DNA of 63,879 nt, the filler included, from Octopus bimaculoides (taxonomy: Eukaryota), in assembly GCF_001194135.2 (NCBI RefSeq). It is 6 parts of 5 records of this genome, joined end to end, with 100 filler letters (N's around TTAATTAATTAA, not from the genome) between each part and the next. Parts side by side here need not be neighbours in the genome. Positions count along the whole stretch, not along the records: positions 1 to 13,312 come from NC_068987.1; positions 13,413 to 36,301 come from NC_068995.1; 4 more parts are not named here. One strand, written 5' to 3'. Made by a program: the position numbers and the translations under genes. This document shows, in pieces, positions 12,720 to 24,292 of the stretch. Every line of letters begins with the position of its first letter. Within the stretch, counting starts at the first letter, position 1. The notes under the pieces are model-generated. The model had not been told where the DNA came from. It made no database searches and saw only the letters and a list, made by a program, of their open reading frames with translations.

Positions 12720-12978
12720 AAATACCATATTAGAAAATTTTTTAGAAGTTTCAACCTAAATATTACATATGAATATGGTACTAACATTGTTAATATTTTA
12801 GATGCCACTCTTAACAAAGAAGCTAGATTATACTACCCATATAGAAAAGAGAATGAAGCTACTAGATATGTAAATAGATTATCTAATCATCCACCAAATG
12901 TATTAAATTCTATAGTTAAAAATATTTCTGAGAGAATTACTAGATTATCTTCTAATATTGATATATTTAATTCTAATT
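12720..12978 (+). mobile_element. Penelope-like element reverse transcriptase fragment
   Basis: IRKFFRSFNLNITYEYGTNIVNILDATLN...YYPYRKENEATRYVNRLSNHPPNVLNSIVKNISERITRLSSNIDIFN matches the PLE RT C-terminal pattern (FLDxxL...YxPYRK...SNHPP...RIxxxSSN). Confidence 0.85.
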
Positions 12979-12985
12979 GTATTTC

Positions 12986-13030
12986 GGCCAGAGTTCTTTC
13001 GTCACACTTCTGTGACCTCATCAGTGGTCC
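12986..13030 (-). ncRNA. Minimal type I hammerhead ribozyme motif
   Basis: RNA GGACCA-CUGAUGA-G-GUCAC agaagu GUGAC-GAAA-G aa C-UC/UGGCC: full core, 5-bp stem II, stem I with one bulge, very short stem III. Activity untested. Confidence 0.7.
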
Positions 13031-13119
13031 TTTGTTTTCTTCTTTCTTATTTGTGTGTCCCTCCTTACTAACGATCAGCCATTTTGTATTTGTATTCCGG
13101 CCTTTACGGATGGCATCGT

Positions 13120-13215
13120 CACTGTATGTGGTCGAGCATTATCCTGATGGATGAATACCTTTCATCTTGAAACCAAAGATGGTCGTTTTTCTTCTAGCAT
13201 AGAAGCAACTTGCAG
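13120..13215 (-). mobile_element. mariner transposase fragment (second catalytic Asp region)
   Basis: EEKRPSLVSR*KVFIHQDNARPHTV versus mariner consensus EKRPxLxNRxxVxxHxDNARPHT. Confidence 0.8.
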
Positions 13216-13356
13216 CTTTCGTCCTAATTTTGGGACTGCCATGTTGGCTTGGCGATAACTATTAATTTCCAGTACCGCTGCCGTAGTCTCCTTTAGAGAG
13301 ACTTAGAAATATNNNNNNNNNNNNNNNNNNNNNNNNNNNNNNNNNNNNNNNNNNNN

Positions 13357-13368
13357 TTAATTAATTAA
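13357..13368. other. Artificial scaffold linker TTAATTAATTAA in a 100-bp N join (also 36346-36357, 49015-49026, 56572-56583, 62302-62313)
   Basis: Identical 12-mer with stops in all six frames, each flanked by about 44 N on both sides. Confidence 0.95.
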
Positions 13369-13543
13369 NNNNNNNNNNNNNNNNNNNNNNNNNNNNNNNN
13401 NNNNNNNNNNNNCTTGACAAAAGTAAATTAAATTAGCATAGAATAATGGTTTCATATTTTTTTATAATTAAGATCTAAACTGTTAATATGAATGTGAAAG
13501 AGATAGTTGAATAACTGTAAACCTACTTTTGGGCCATCCTGTG

Positions 13544-13589
<46 letters not shown>

Positions 13590-13914
13590 ATACTTTCATT
13601 TTTGTTGGAATTTATGAAATGGAGAATTATTATACAATGATGTATTCAAGACTTGCATCCTCATCTTGGTAGTTATAGTCACAACTGTTTTGGCTGTGGT
13701 ACCACTCTGGCCTTCTTCAAATGCCTGTCTTATATTTAGCAGATTCAATGGCCACGGGCATTGCTGTGTGGTCAAAGAGTTTGCCTCACAACCACACCTT
13801 TTCATGTTTAGTCCATTTATGTGGAATTTGGAGTGGTATCTTTTGTTATAGTTCTGGGCTGACCAAAACCTTGTGAGTAGATTTAATAGCTGGAAACTGA
13901 AAGAAGCCTTTTGT

Positions 13915-14288
13915 GTGTGTGGTAAGAAGCTTGCTTCCCAACCACATCGTTCTGGGTTCAGTCTCACTGTGTAACATGTTGGGCAAGTGTCTTCTACTAT
14001 ATCCTTGGGCTAACCAAAGCCTTGCAAGTGGATTTGGTTGATAGAAACTGAAGGAATCTTGTCATATGTATATATATCTGTGTCTTTCTGTTTGTTCATT
14101 CCCCACCACCACTCAACAACTGACGTCAGTGAGTTTACGTCCCTGTAACTTAGTGGTTCAGCAAAAGAGACTGATAGAATAAGTACTAGGCTTTACAATA
14201 AAACAAAATGTCCTGGGGTTGACTTTTTGACTAAGACCCTTCCAGGTAGTGCTTTAGTATGGCTGCAGTCAAATCACTGAAACAAGTA
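13915..14288 (+). mobile_element. SINE family 1, full-length, CpG-decayed (a second degenerate head lies at ~13750-13910)
   Basis: gtggtaagaagcttgcttcccaaccac...gggcaagtgtcttctac...gatagaataagtactaggc...gcagtcaaatcactgaaacaagtaa. Confidence 0.88.
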
Positions 14289-14450
14289 ACTCACACATAC
14301 TCACTCACTCACTCGCACATACTCACTCGCTCACTCTCACTCGCACATACTCACTCTCACTCGTTCACTCTCACTCTCTCACTCACTCACTCACTCACTC
14401 GCACATATTCATTCACTCACTCGCACATACTCACTCACTCACTCGCTCAT
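14289..14450. repeat. (CACT)n-type degenerate tetranucleotide repeat
   Basis: Direct reading. Confidence 0.9.
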
Positions 14451-15261
14451 GCAAATACATACACGCACACACATGTGCATACATACAATCACACCACAAA
14501 AGTCATTTTTCCATTTTAAGTAAAAATTATCTTGACAAGTTGGTTTCTGACTGAAGAAGATTGGCTGCCAGAATTACACGTCCATTACAACTACTTTAAC
14601 CTAAATACTGGGAATAGTTTGGGTTTACCAACTTAATATTGCTCCTTACAGCACAATTTCCTCTGCTTATGTGGAATGACGTTTAAATCTCATTAACTTA
14701 AAAAAAGAGAGAGAAAAAAAAAAGAACAAAAATAAAAGCGAACGTTTCCTTTTCCTTTTTACACTTGTCTGTTTTGTTGTTTATTGACAACCTAGTTATG
14801 TGTGCGTGAACGAAAGAGCGAGAAAAAGAGAGAGAGAGAGAGATTAAAGAGCTACTGTGAATGCTTTATGCTTGTGTTTGTATATGAAGGCAGAGCTGTT
14901 TTTCTATCCCCCTACTGGCTAATGTAAACTTCCCAGAATGTTGTGTTTACCTTATACAGCTGTGTGTGTGTGTGTGTGTGTGTGTCTAAGCATGAGCACT
15001 GCAGAATGGTAGTAGTAAGCTGTAGTGGCAAGCTCAAGTCTTTAATATGGGTTCATTTCCACATTCGTGCCATTTCAGTTTTCGCTATGCACTTAACTCT
15101 TAGATCTTGTGCTTTCCAAACACAAGTCTGTTATTGTTGAGTACCAGGCTGATCCTGTGATCAAATGCTTTCTAGCCATGGCCATCTTGTCTTTTTAGAG
15201 CCATGTCATCACCATAGGCTTTCTGTAGATATTGATGACAACTGCCCATTTCTTTTATCTT

Positions 15262-15385
15262 ATTTCAGTCATTGGACTGTGGTCATGCTGGGGCACCACC
15301 TTGAAGGGTTTACTTGAACAAATCATCCCCAGTATTTTTTAAAGCCAAACAAGCCAAGACTTGATGTGGGAGTGGGTGGTTGGTA

Positions 15386-15428
<43 letters not shown>

Positions 15429-15590
15429 CCACACAGAACAGGCTTCCACACAGTTTCTGTGTACCAAGTTCATTTACAAGACATTTGTTGTCTCAGGGAT
15501 GTAGTAGTAGATGCTTGCCTAAAGTTTCATGCAGAAGGACTGAACCTGAAACCATGTGGTTACACAGCAAGCTTCTTTAGCTACACCCCC
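15262..15590 (-). mobile_element. SINE family 1, degenerate
   Basis: Tail tttcagtcattggactgtggtcatgctgg; internal (CA)n; head aaaccatgtggttacacagcaagc. Confidence 0.75.
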
Positions 15591-15854
15591 ATGCTTTGGA
15601 GAACCATACAATGTTTTGTCTTCTGCTATAGCCCTGGGCCAACCAAAGGATTTGGTAGGCTGAAACCTACAGAAGCCCATCGTGCATACCTATATGTATA
15701 GTCTCAATTTGTAGTATCAACAATGAATCACTGTCATTCCCCACCATTATGTATCTGTTCTGAGCTGTTGTGATTGAGCTATGGGTATCCGTGTTCAATC
15801 TCCTCAAGCTGCACTTAGCCATACTACTGTCCAACCTTGATTAGGGGAATAAAG

Positions 15855-16070
15855 CACCTGTGTGACACCATGTAAATGCACCCCTGTGGTGTCATGTAAC
15901 AGCACTCAGCACACTCTGTAAAGTGGTTGGCATTAAGAAGGGCATCCTGCTGTAGAAACCATGCCAAATCAGACAGGAGTCTGGTGCAGCTCCCCAGGTT
16001 GCCAGCTCTGGTCAAACTGTCCAACCCATGCCAGCATGGATAGCAGACATTAAATGATGATGATGATACA
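15855..16070 (+). mobile_element. (GAT)n-tailed interspersed repeat family (SINE/LINE 3' portion)
   Basis: aagggcatcc..gtagaaaccatgccaaatcaga...ccaacccatgccagcatgga...ttaaatgatgatgatg; related copies at about 16335-16600(-), 17865-17986, 18820-18990(-), 21840-22070, 23240-23450(-), 25235-25395, 26380-26615, 27490-27705, 28380-28760(-), 31560-31650(-), 32640-32750. Confidence 0.75.
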
Positions 16071-16647
16071 TTACCTAATATCCAGCAGGCTGTAATTTGA
16101 AGGTGATTTAGCTTTATTCTTGGCTCATATTCAAAGTCAGTAACAAGGATGCCAAATTTTGTTTTTTCTTTTCCTTTAATAGTTTATACACTAACAATAG
16201 TTAGGTATCAGAATCAGTCACCTAGTGTTGGTTAGTATTGCCATAAACCAAAGGCAGCGAGACCTCTTACTGAAAATGTTAGTTTTCATTTTTATCTCTC
16301 AGCTCAGCACTATAAATACAGCTTCTGTATCCTCCTCATCATCGTTGTTTTAATGGTTATTTTCCCATGCTTGCAAAGGGCTGATGGAATTTAAGGGAGA
16401 TCCGTTTCCTTTTCTTTTTGTTTTTCTTTTTGTTTTGTTACGACTAGTTCCTCTTTCTGTGGCCAACTCTCGTCTTTTATCAAGTAGGGTAATATTTCCC
16501 TGTGGCCGGATATGTTTTCATGTAAGATTGGAAACAAACCCCACTGCATGATAATGTGACTTTTATCACATGTTACAATTATCACACAATGTTGAGTCAA
16601 GGGGACATCAACTCTCTTTCTCTCTCTATCTCTCTCTCTCTCTCTCT

Positions 16648-16803
16648 CCCCTTTCTCGCCCCCTCCTCTCCCTTTCTAGCCCCCTCCTTGCCCCAACCCC
16701 TTTCTCGCCCCTCTCCTCACTCTTTCTTGCCCCTCTCCTCACTCTTTCTTGCCCCTCTCCTCTCCCTTTCTCGCCCCTCTCCTCTCCCTTTCTCGCCCTT
16801 CTC
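16648..16803. repeat. ~22-bp pyrimidine minisatellite (ctttctcgcccctctcctctcc)
   Basis: About 7 imperfect tandem units. Confidence 0.85.
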
Positions 16804-16960
16804 CGGTCCTTATTCTATCTGTATCTTTTGCTGAACTGCAAAGTTGTGGAGTGAGGGTAAACGAACCAACACCAGTTGCAAAGTCATGTGCGGGGGAGAC
16901 ACACCCACTCACTCTTCACCATATATATATATATATCTCTCTACACACACATTCATCACC

Positions 16961-16996
<36 letters not shown>

Positions 16997-17663
16997 CCAT
17001 ACACACACACACAAACTTCCACACAGCTTCCTCCTACCAAATTTATTCACAGGGCATTGGTTGGCCCAAGGCTATAGTAGATGATGCTAGCCCAAAGTGC
17101 CATGCAGCGGGACTGAACCTGAAACCACATGGCTGTAAAGTGAGCTTAACCACACAGCCATAGCAAAGTAAATAAATAAAGCCCCAAATGGGGATTGAAC
17201 TCCTACTCACTGCACTCATATTTTATGCACCTCATGTTAATTATGAGTATGGTATACTAAATGTGCTTGTAGTTTTTATTTATTTTTATTTTTCCTTCAT
17301 AGTTTTGTCTTAAAATGTCTTTGTTCTTTGTCCTAAAGAAAACATTATTTTGTAGTCATAAACTCTGTTTTACAGTCTTTGTTCTGCTGCAGATTTCAAT
17401 TGAGTCGTACATGCATATTCTGGAATGGTTACAAATATTTCCATAATGGTACAAGCATTTCTTTGCTCTCTTCAACTTAGCTACTTCACTTGAACAAAAA
17501 GTGGTCAGATTAACCTAAGGAATGATCAGCTTATTCAATTAGTCATGTTAATAAAATGACATGTGTTGGGTCAGGGCAGGGTGCAAGTGCACACATACAT
17601 GTATTGACATTGTGCGTGTATATACAGATGTGTATGCATATACATGGGCACATATGTATCATC

Positions 17664-17696
<33 letters not shown>

Positions 17697-17810
17697 GTAT
17701 CTCCTTGGCTTNNNNNNNNNNNNNNNNNNNNNNNNNNNNNNNNNNNNNNNNNNNNNNNNNNNNNNNNNNNNNNNNNNNNNNNNNNNNNNNNNNNNNNNNN
17801 NNNNNNNNNN

Positions 17811-17862
<52 letters not shown>

Positions 17863-18050
17863 GAGAAACTCTGCCAAATTAGATTGGAGCCTGGTGTTGC
17901 CATCCGGTTTCACCAGTCCTCAGTCAAATCGTCCAACCCATGCTAGCATGGAAAGCGGACGTTAAACAATGATGATGATGATGATACATGCATGCACATG
18001 TATCGTCAGTGTGTGTGTATTTGTGTGCATATATACACGTGTATTGTCAT

Positions 18051-18081
<31 letters not shown>

Positions 18082-20694
18082 TTTTCATTTTTCATTTTAT
18101 CTAGTTTCAGCTCATGAGCTGCGGCCATGCTGGTACACATATATGGTCATTGTGTGTGTATATGTATGTGCATATGCATGCACACACATGTATTGTCATT
18201 GTGCGTTTGTGTGTATATATATGTGTATATATATATATATATATAAATTTAATGCTGATTTATCTGTTTTTATGTGTTTTGTAGCCAATTATCTTATAAA
18301 CTGATAAGCCTTTGATAAGTGCTACTGTGTTATCTTGAATTACACAATTATATATATCAAAGTTTTAACTATCTGTAATCATTAGAGCATTGGGTGGAAT
18401 GTGTTTCAAAATGTGTTTTGATTCTCTGAACAGCAATTTCAAATCGTGCTTAGGTCAACTTGGCTTTTCTGCTGTTCACTGTTAATAAAGTTTTAGCCCA
18501 GTGCTTGTGTAGCCCTGTCTTATTTCAGCTGTCATTCTGTATGTTCTGTTTGATCACAGTTGTGACGACTGAGAGGATATCTGTGTCCACCAAATCCGCC
18601 TCATTTGCATGACACCTCCATCGTACTTTTATCCTGTGTATCAGAATAACTAAACTGTCACTATCTGTTACTGATGTAATTCTGTAATTTATCCACATAT
18701 GCAGCTCCACTTAACGTTCACTCATTCTGCATTCTACTTACTTCTCTTAAATGTTGACTATATTTATCAATCCATATACATTCACATTTTATCATTTAAG
18801 CCTGTTTACTATCATTTTATCTTCGTTACCATCGTCTTCTATGCTGGCATGGGTTGAACAGTTTGACAGGATCTGGCGAGCTACAGGACTGCACCAAGTT
18901 TCAGTATAAGCTTTGACATGTTTCCTATGGCTTGATGCCCAATTCTATCTCACTATACAGTGTGTAATGGGTGCTTATTTCATGCCAGTGGCACTAGTAA
19001 GACAGGAAAGAACACAGGATAAGGGAGGACTAATGGGGGTGGTATTTGAGGGGGAGGAGGTGGCTTTATGCCAGGTGTTGAAAGGCTAAAGTATGATAGA
19101 AGGATAAGTACAGGTGTCTTGTTATAGAGTAGATGTATGACTACCCCACGTTATTATCAGGATGGGTGGTGGTAACTGGATGATGGTAAAGATGGTGGTG
19201 ATAGGGTCTTCTTGCATCTCTTTTAATTGCCTTAATCTATGCATCAAGGACATTCACCAAAACTAATCATACTTACATGATTGTAGTTGAAGATTTGAAT
19301 GTTTTCCATTGTTTTTGAGTTCTGTTTACTCCATTCACTCTGATTTAGTTGGTGTTGAAGCTGAAAGCCTTGCATTTCCATTGATTTGCTACATCATCAT
19401 GATGCTCACCAACTTTACCACCTTCATCACTATCACCACCGCCACTACATCATCACTATCTAAATCTTAATTTTATTCCTCTGTTCCTTAATCTCTGCAT
19501 CAGCACCTGACGTATGTGACTGGTGCCTGCATGAAAAGTCTGTAAATATCACATTTAACCAGATTTCAACTTAACCTTAACCCCAGATCATAGAAATCTG
19601 CTAGCTGGTTTCTATGATAGCTTATCTTGATGAGTTGTCTGATTAATTAAGACAAACTGTCATCCATTTGTAATGGCAAAGCTAAGATTCTGTTCTTTTT
19701 GTTATGGTCATATATATTTTTGTTTTCTCTAATATCTAGCCAGAACCCTAGCTCACACTTGTGGCTCGCTAGAAAATGTCTGGAAGTTTAAGAGGGGAGG
19801 AAAAAAAAACTCCAACTCCAAAGCATTATGTCTTTGAATCCAACTGTTGATGCTGACAATCCTATGACAGTCCCACAAACCAAAAATAATACAAGGAAGG
19901 CAAAATATGCTTCCATTCCAAGTGTAGCTAACAATCATTCCTTTCCAAGTATAGACATGTTTTTCAGATGCTATTTCAAGAACATTTCTATCAACTTCTC
20001 TCTCCAGCTTCCTTTTCCTCCCAACTGATAACAGCAACTCTGTCATCTGTTTTACTTCCAGCACTACTCCTAAAATCTGACAAAGCCCCACCTGCTTAGT
20101 TGCTTCTGTCGTATCAAAGTAGCTACTATAGTTGCCCAGTTTGGAAAGTCAGCTGTTTTCTAAATTCTACAGAACACATTACAGAAAACTAGCTGACATC
20201 TTGGCCTTTATCCTCTGGCACTATTGATTTAAGCCAAACTCTTTGTTTTGACTGTTATTTTGGATTTCAGTCATAAGAAAACCATGTGTTTCATAAACAG
20301 AGCAGATCCCAATAACTGCTTTTTAACCTTGTTTCCTTGCGTTGCCATCATCCTGTTTCTATTAAATTTACTCTATTTTCAGCTTGTTTACTCTTACACA
20401 GAATTATTTGATCAGCTCTATGCTTTTTCTTTAGGCATCACGACTTAAGAGTGAAGGAGCATTTGTACCCCTTCATCCCATGTTAGACTACCATCTCAAA
20501 GTTCTTCAGCTTAAATCTTCTACAGAAGTTGCTTTAAGTATTGGAGACATGCCGGCATTCTGTATTCATCTAATTGCTAGGAATTTGCAAATCCTCTGCA
20601 AATGTTACACGAGATAGTAGGCTGGCAGCCTATTCTGGAAGAGATTTACTCCTCATTTACTCAGTGTCAAGATATTTGCTCTAAACCTTGGCGC

Positions 20695-20919
20695 TTAATC
20701 CTTTAGCATTCAAATTTCTTTGTCAAATTTATTGCTTATCTATTCACATTCTTCTGAATTTATCAAACATTTTGTAGCTTCAAGATTTCAATGGTGTGTT
20801 TGTATAGCTTTAGAATGACATTCTAGGGTACGTGTGAGAGGTTGGATCTGGTCAGTTTTAACATAAAGCAGGTTGGATTTGGGGGCTGGATATGGCTGGA
20901 TTAAATGCAAGAGGGTTAA
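20695..20919 (-). mobile_element. piggyBac-type MITE (TTAA flanks, ccctttagcatt TIR)
   Basis: ttaa|tcctttagcattc ... aaatgcaagaggg|ttaa; internal sequence is the reverse complement of the copy at 31660. Confidence 0.75.
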
Positions 20920-21128
20920 ATTAATTTACATTTACTTGTCGCTCCAAGAACTACTCCATTGTGTCTCTCCCTTCTGTATTCAATATTTCTATTTAACACT
21001 GTCAACCTTTCACAAAGAAAACTTTATTGGTTCTTAAAGCTGTTTAAACATAGTTGCTAAATTTTCATTTAAAAAACAAAATCCCTATTATCATTTTATT
21101 GGTTTTAAATATTAGGACATCTTTAGGC

Positions 21129-21658
21129 CAGGGGTAGGGAAACCCCTTCCTGCAGGTGCAGTTGTTCCTGCAAGCCTGTTTTATTGTGCCCCGCAGGCTG
21201 ATAAATGTACAAAATATAGTGGATTCTTTAACCACAAAATTTATACAATATCTGTGTGCCTATTTGCAACATTCGTCGCGTTTCTACTATGACTTAAAAT
21301 GGTCAAACTCAAACAGAAATCGTCCGGTAATTGTCATTTGAATGGAAATTTTGTTTTCACTATAAAACACGTATTGCTAGGTTTGTGCCACCCCCTTGAA
21401 ACCCATCTACACTCTAGTTAGCTGTAAAATATAGAATACCTCATAAATAATATAAGCATCCTAAATTCGGTGGTGGTGTTTATGAAGATGTTACATGTTA
21501 ATTTAATGCGTTAAACTTATCGTTATTAATGTATATTGAATTATACATAGATATATACAAGATTTACACGGATATAAGAGTTAGAACTAATGATCCCCTT
21601 ACGGACCATTTTCTTAGGAAATTTTTGCCTGCCACACTAAAAAGTTTCCCCACCCCTG
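21129..21658. mobile_element. hAT (Charlie-like) non-autonomous element, 530 bp
   Basis: TIRs caggggtagggaaac / gtttccccacccctg; degenerate 8-bp TSD ctttaggc / ttgtaggc. Confidence 0.8.
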
Positions 21659-21661
21659 TTG

Positions 21662-21830
21662 TAGGCACAGGCATGACTGTATGGTTCAGAAGCTTGCTTC
21701 CCAACCGTGTGTTCTTGGGTTCAGTCCCACTGTGTAGCATCTTAAGCAAATGTCTTTAACTACATTCCCAGGCTGACCAAAGCCTTGTGAGTGGATTTTG
21801 TAGATGGAAACTGAAAGAAGCCAATCGTGT
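21662..21830 (+). mobile_element. SINE family 1, head half
   Basis: aggcacaggcatgactgtatgg...cttcccaacc...gggttcagtcccactg...gaccaaagccttgtgagtgg...ggaaactgaaagaagcc. Confidence 0.8.
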
Positions 21831-22816
21831 GTGTGTGTGTGCACTTGACATCATGTGATGGTTGTAGATGATCATTGCTGTCATACAAGTGAGGTTATTT
21901 GTTTCCAGTCTTCCCACGGAAAACCTGTCTGGCCAAGGGGGAAACATTACCTTGCTTGAGAACAGGTGAGTGTTGGTCACAAGAAGGGCATCTCAGATGT
22001 AGAAAATCTGCCTCAACAAATCCTGCCTGACCCATACAAGCATGGAAAAGTAGTCCTTAAAGGATGATGTTCACAAACTCAAAGGCCATAGTTACAATAT
22101 TGTAACCAAATACTCTGTTTAAACAGATCTTCCCAAACAAAGACTACAATTCCTAAATAACACCAACAATCCCTCCCTGTGCCTTCTCTTCTTGAACACA
22201 AAGGCACAAAATTAAAAAAAAAAGTGTTTTATATCTTTTGATTAATTTTTATTTAGAACTTTTTAGTCATAGGCTATAATTAGATCTATTATCATTATTA
22301 ACACCCATTGAAATGATAAAAGTCTGTTGTTTGGGGTGTGGTTGTTTCGTTTCTGGTGAGAGGATATCTAAATGAATTATCAACATTTTGTCCTTTACAT
22401 TTCCTTTTTATTATTATTATTATTTTTTTTGTTTCTTCTTTTCTGATTCAGAGTCTGTAACTTTATCATTACCATTTGTCCATGTATATTTATATAGATT
22501 TAGGCTAAACATACATCTGTAGTGCTTCTTGCTACTACTACTCACTAAGAGAAGATCATTTTCCATTTCCCCTTTCCTTGGTGGTGAAGAATAGCTGAAA
22601 TGACGTATACTGTATATATTCAATAGAATAACATAACAAAAAAATTCTCTCACAGTATTTTTGAACACCTAGCTTCACCTAAGGTAAATATTCTTTTAAT
22701 CTTTTACCTGGAGAGTAAAGTTTTTGTTGTATCTTGGGCTGTAAATGGTTGTATTCATAAACTCCTCAATGCTATTAAGATCCAGATCGAGATTTATACT
22801 ATTGCTGTTTTAATGT

Positions 22817-23165
22817 GAAGGTGCATAGCTCAGTGGTTAGAGCGTCGAGCTTACGATCGTGAGGTTGTGAGTTTGATTCCCGGACCAGGCTGTGTGTTGT
22901 GTTCATGAGCAAGACACTTTATTTCACGTTGCTCCAGTTCACTCAGCTGTAGAAATGAGCTGCGACATCACTGGTGCCAAGCTGTATCGGCCTTGCCTTT
23001 CCCTTGGATAACATCAGTGGTGTGGAGAGAGGCGGCTGGTATGCATGGCCGACTGCTGGCCTTCTACAAAGAACCTTACCCAGACTTGTGCCTCGGGGGG
23101 TAACTTTCTAGGTGCAATACCATGGTCATTCAGGACTTAAGGGGTCTCCTCCTCCTCCTCCTCCT
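22817..23165 (+). mobile_element. SINE family 3 (tRNA-derived), full-length with (CCT)n tail
   Basis: A box tagctcagtgg, B box gtttgattcc, central tgagcaagacactttatttcacgttgctccagttcactcagctg; related copies at 27145-27430(+) and 61610-61855(-). Confidence 0.85.
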
Positions 23166-24258
23166 AATGTGATTGGGTGTCATTAAAATTGAATGTTCTG
23201 TTTCTAGTTGCTTGCAATCATTCATCACCATCGTAATTAAATGTCCATTTCCCATGCTTGCATGGGTCAGACAGAATTTATTGAGGCAGGTTTTCTATAA
23301 TCAGATGCCCTTCTTTTTGCCAATCCTCACCTCTTTCCAAGCAAGGTAACGTTTCCCCATGGTCAGACATGTTTCTGGGGAATATTAGAAATGAGTGGCA
23401 TTGCCTATATGACAGTGACACTTGTTTACAATAATCATGTGATGTCAAAACAAGGGGACACAGCACATACATGGCTTCTTTCAGTTTCTGTCTCCAAAGT
23501 CATTCACAAGGCTGGAACCATAGTAGAAGGCACTTTACCCAAGGTGTCACATTGTGGGGTTGAGCCAGAAACCATGTTTTGGAAAGTAAACTTCTCAACC
23601 AGACTATATAGGTATGAAATACTAGTCTTTATCATCAGTAATGGTTGAAAAATATGTACAAAGTGGTATGTACAAAAGATGGAAGTGCCTAGGAAGTTTA
23701 TTGCTAAAGGTTTTTATCTGATTTGTTTATAAGAAATAGTGACCAGAAACTTGTAAGCTCTGGGCAAGCTAAATTTATGATGTGGGTGTTTGATTCTTGC
23801 TTGTGTACAGTCTCATTTCTTTTACTCCTCTTGCTCAAGATATCCATGACTCCACTAAATAATGTAGCCCTAGATACACTATGTATGAAAAAAAAAAGTT
23901 TGGTCACAGCAAGTCTGACCAGGGTTGAACAATAGCAAACTGTTCTGCTCTTTTGGTTTGTTTCAGAAGGAAGTGTTTGATTATGGAATTTACCCTTGCT
24001 TTCTCAGAGGAAAAAAAGAGAAAAAAATGTTTTTTGAATGTTACTTTTGTTGAGAAGTTTCACAGGATATAGGATGTGGTTCTGCTTCTTTTAAAGCAAG
24101 AATTGCTATAAACTAGAAGATATTTTGTGATGCAAATGATTCCATTTTATTTGTAACTCGTTTTAGAAGATAACAAAAAAAAAGAAAAAAAGAAAGAAAA
24201 ACAGGCTGTCATCCAGTTCAGTACATTTTAGTTATTATGTCAGCTAAATCTGCTGATT

Positions 24259-24292
<34 letters not shown>

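Noticed and set aside
13357-13368. Five identical TTAATTAATTAA palindromes resembling a regular repeat or regulatory motif
   Set aside because: Each sits centrally in a 100-bp N join and encodes stops in six frames: an assembly linker. Adjacent blocks may not be truly contiguous or co-oriented.
22817-22890. tRNA-like sequence with A and B boxes
   Set aside because: Continues into a SINE body and lacks a proper acceptor stem; it is a SINE head.
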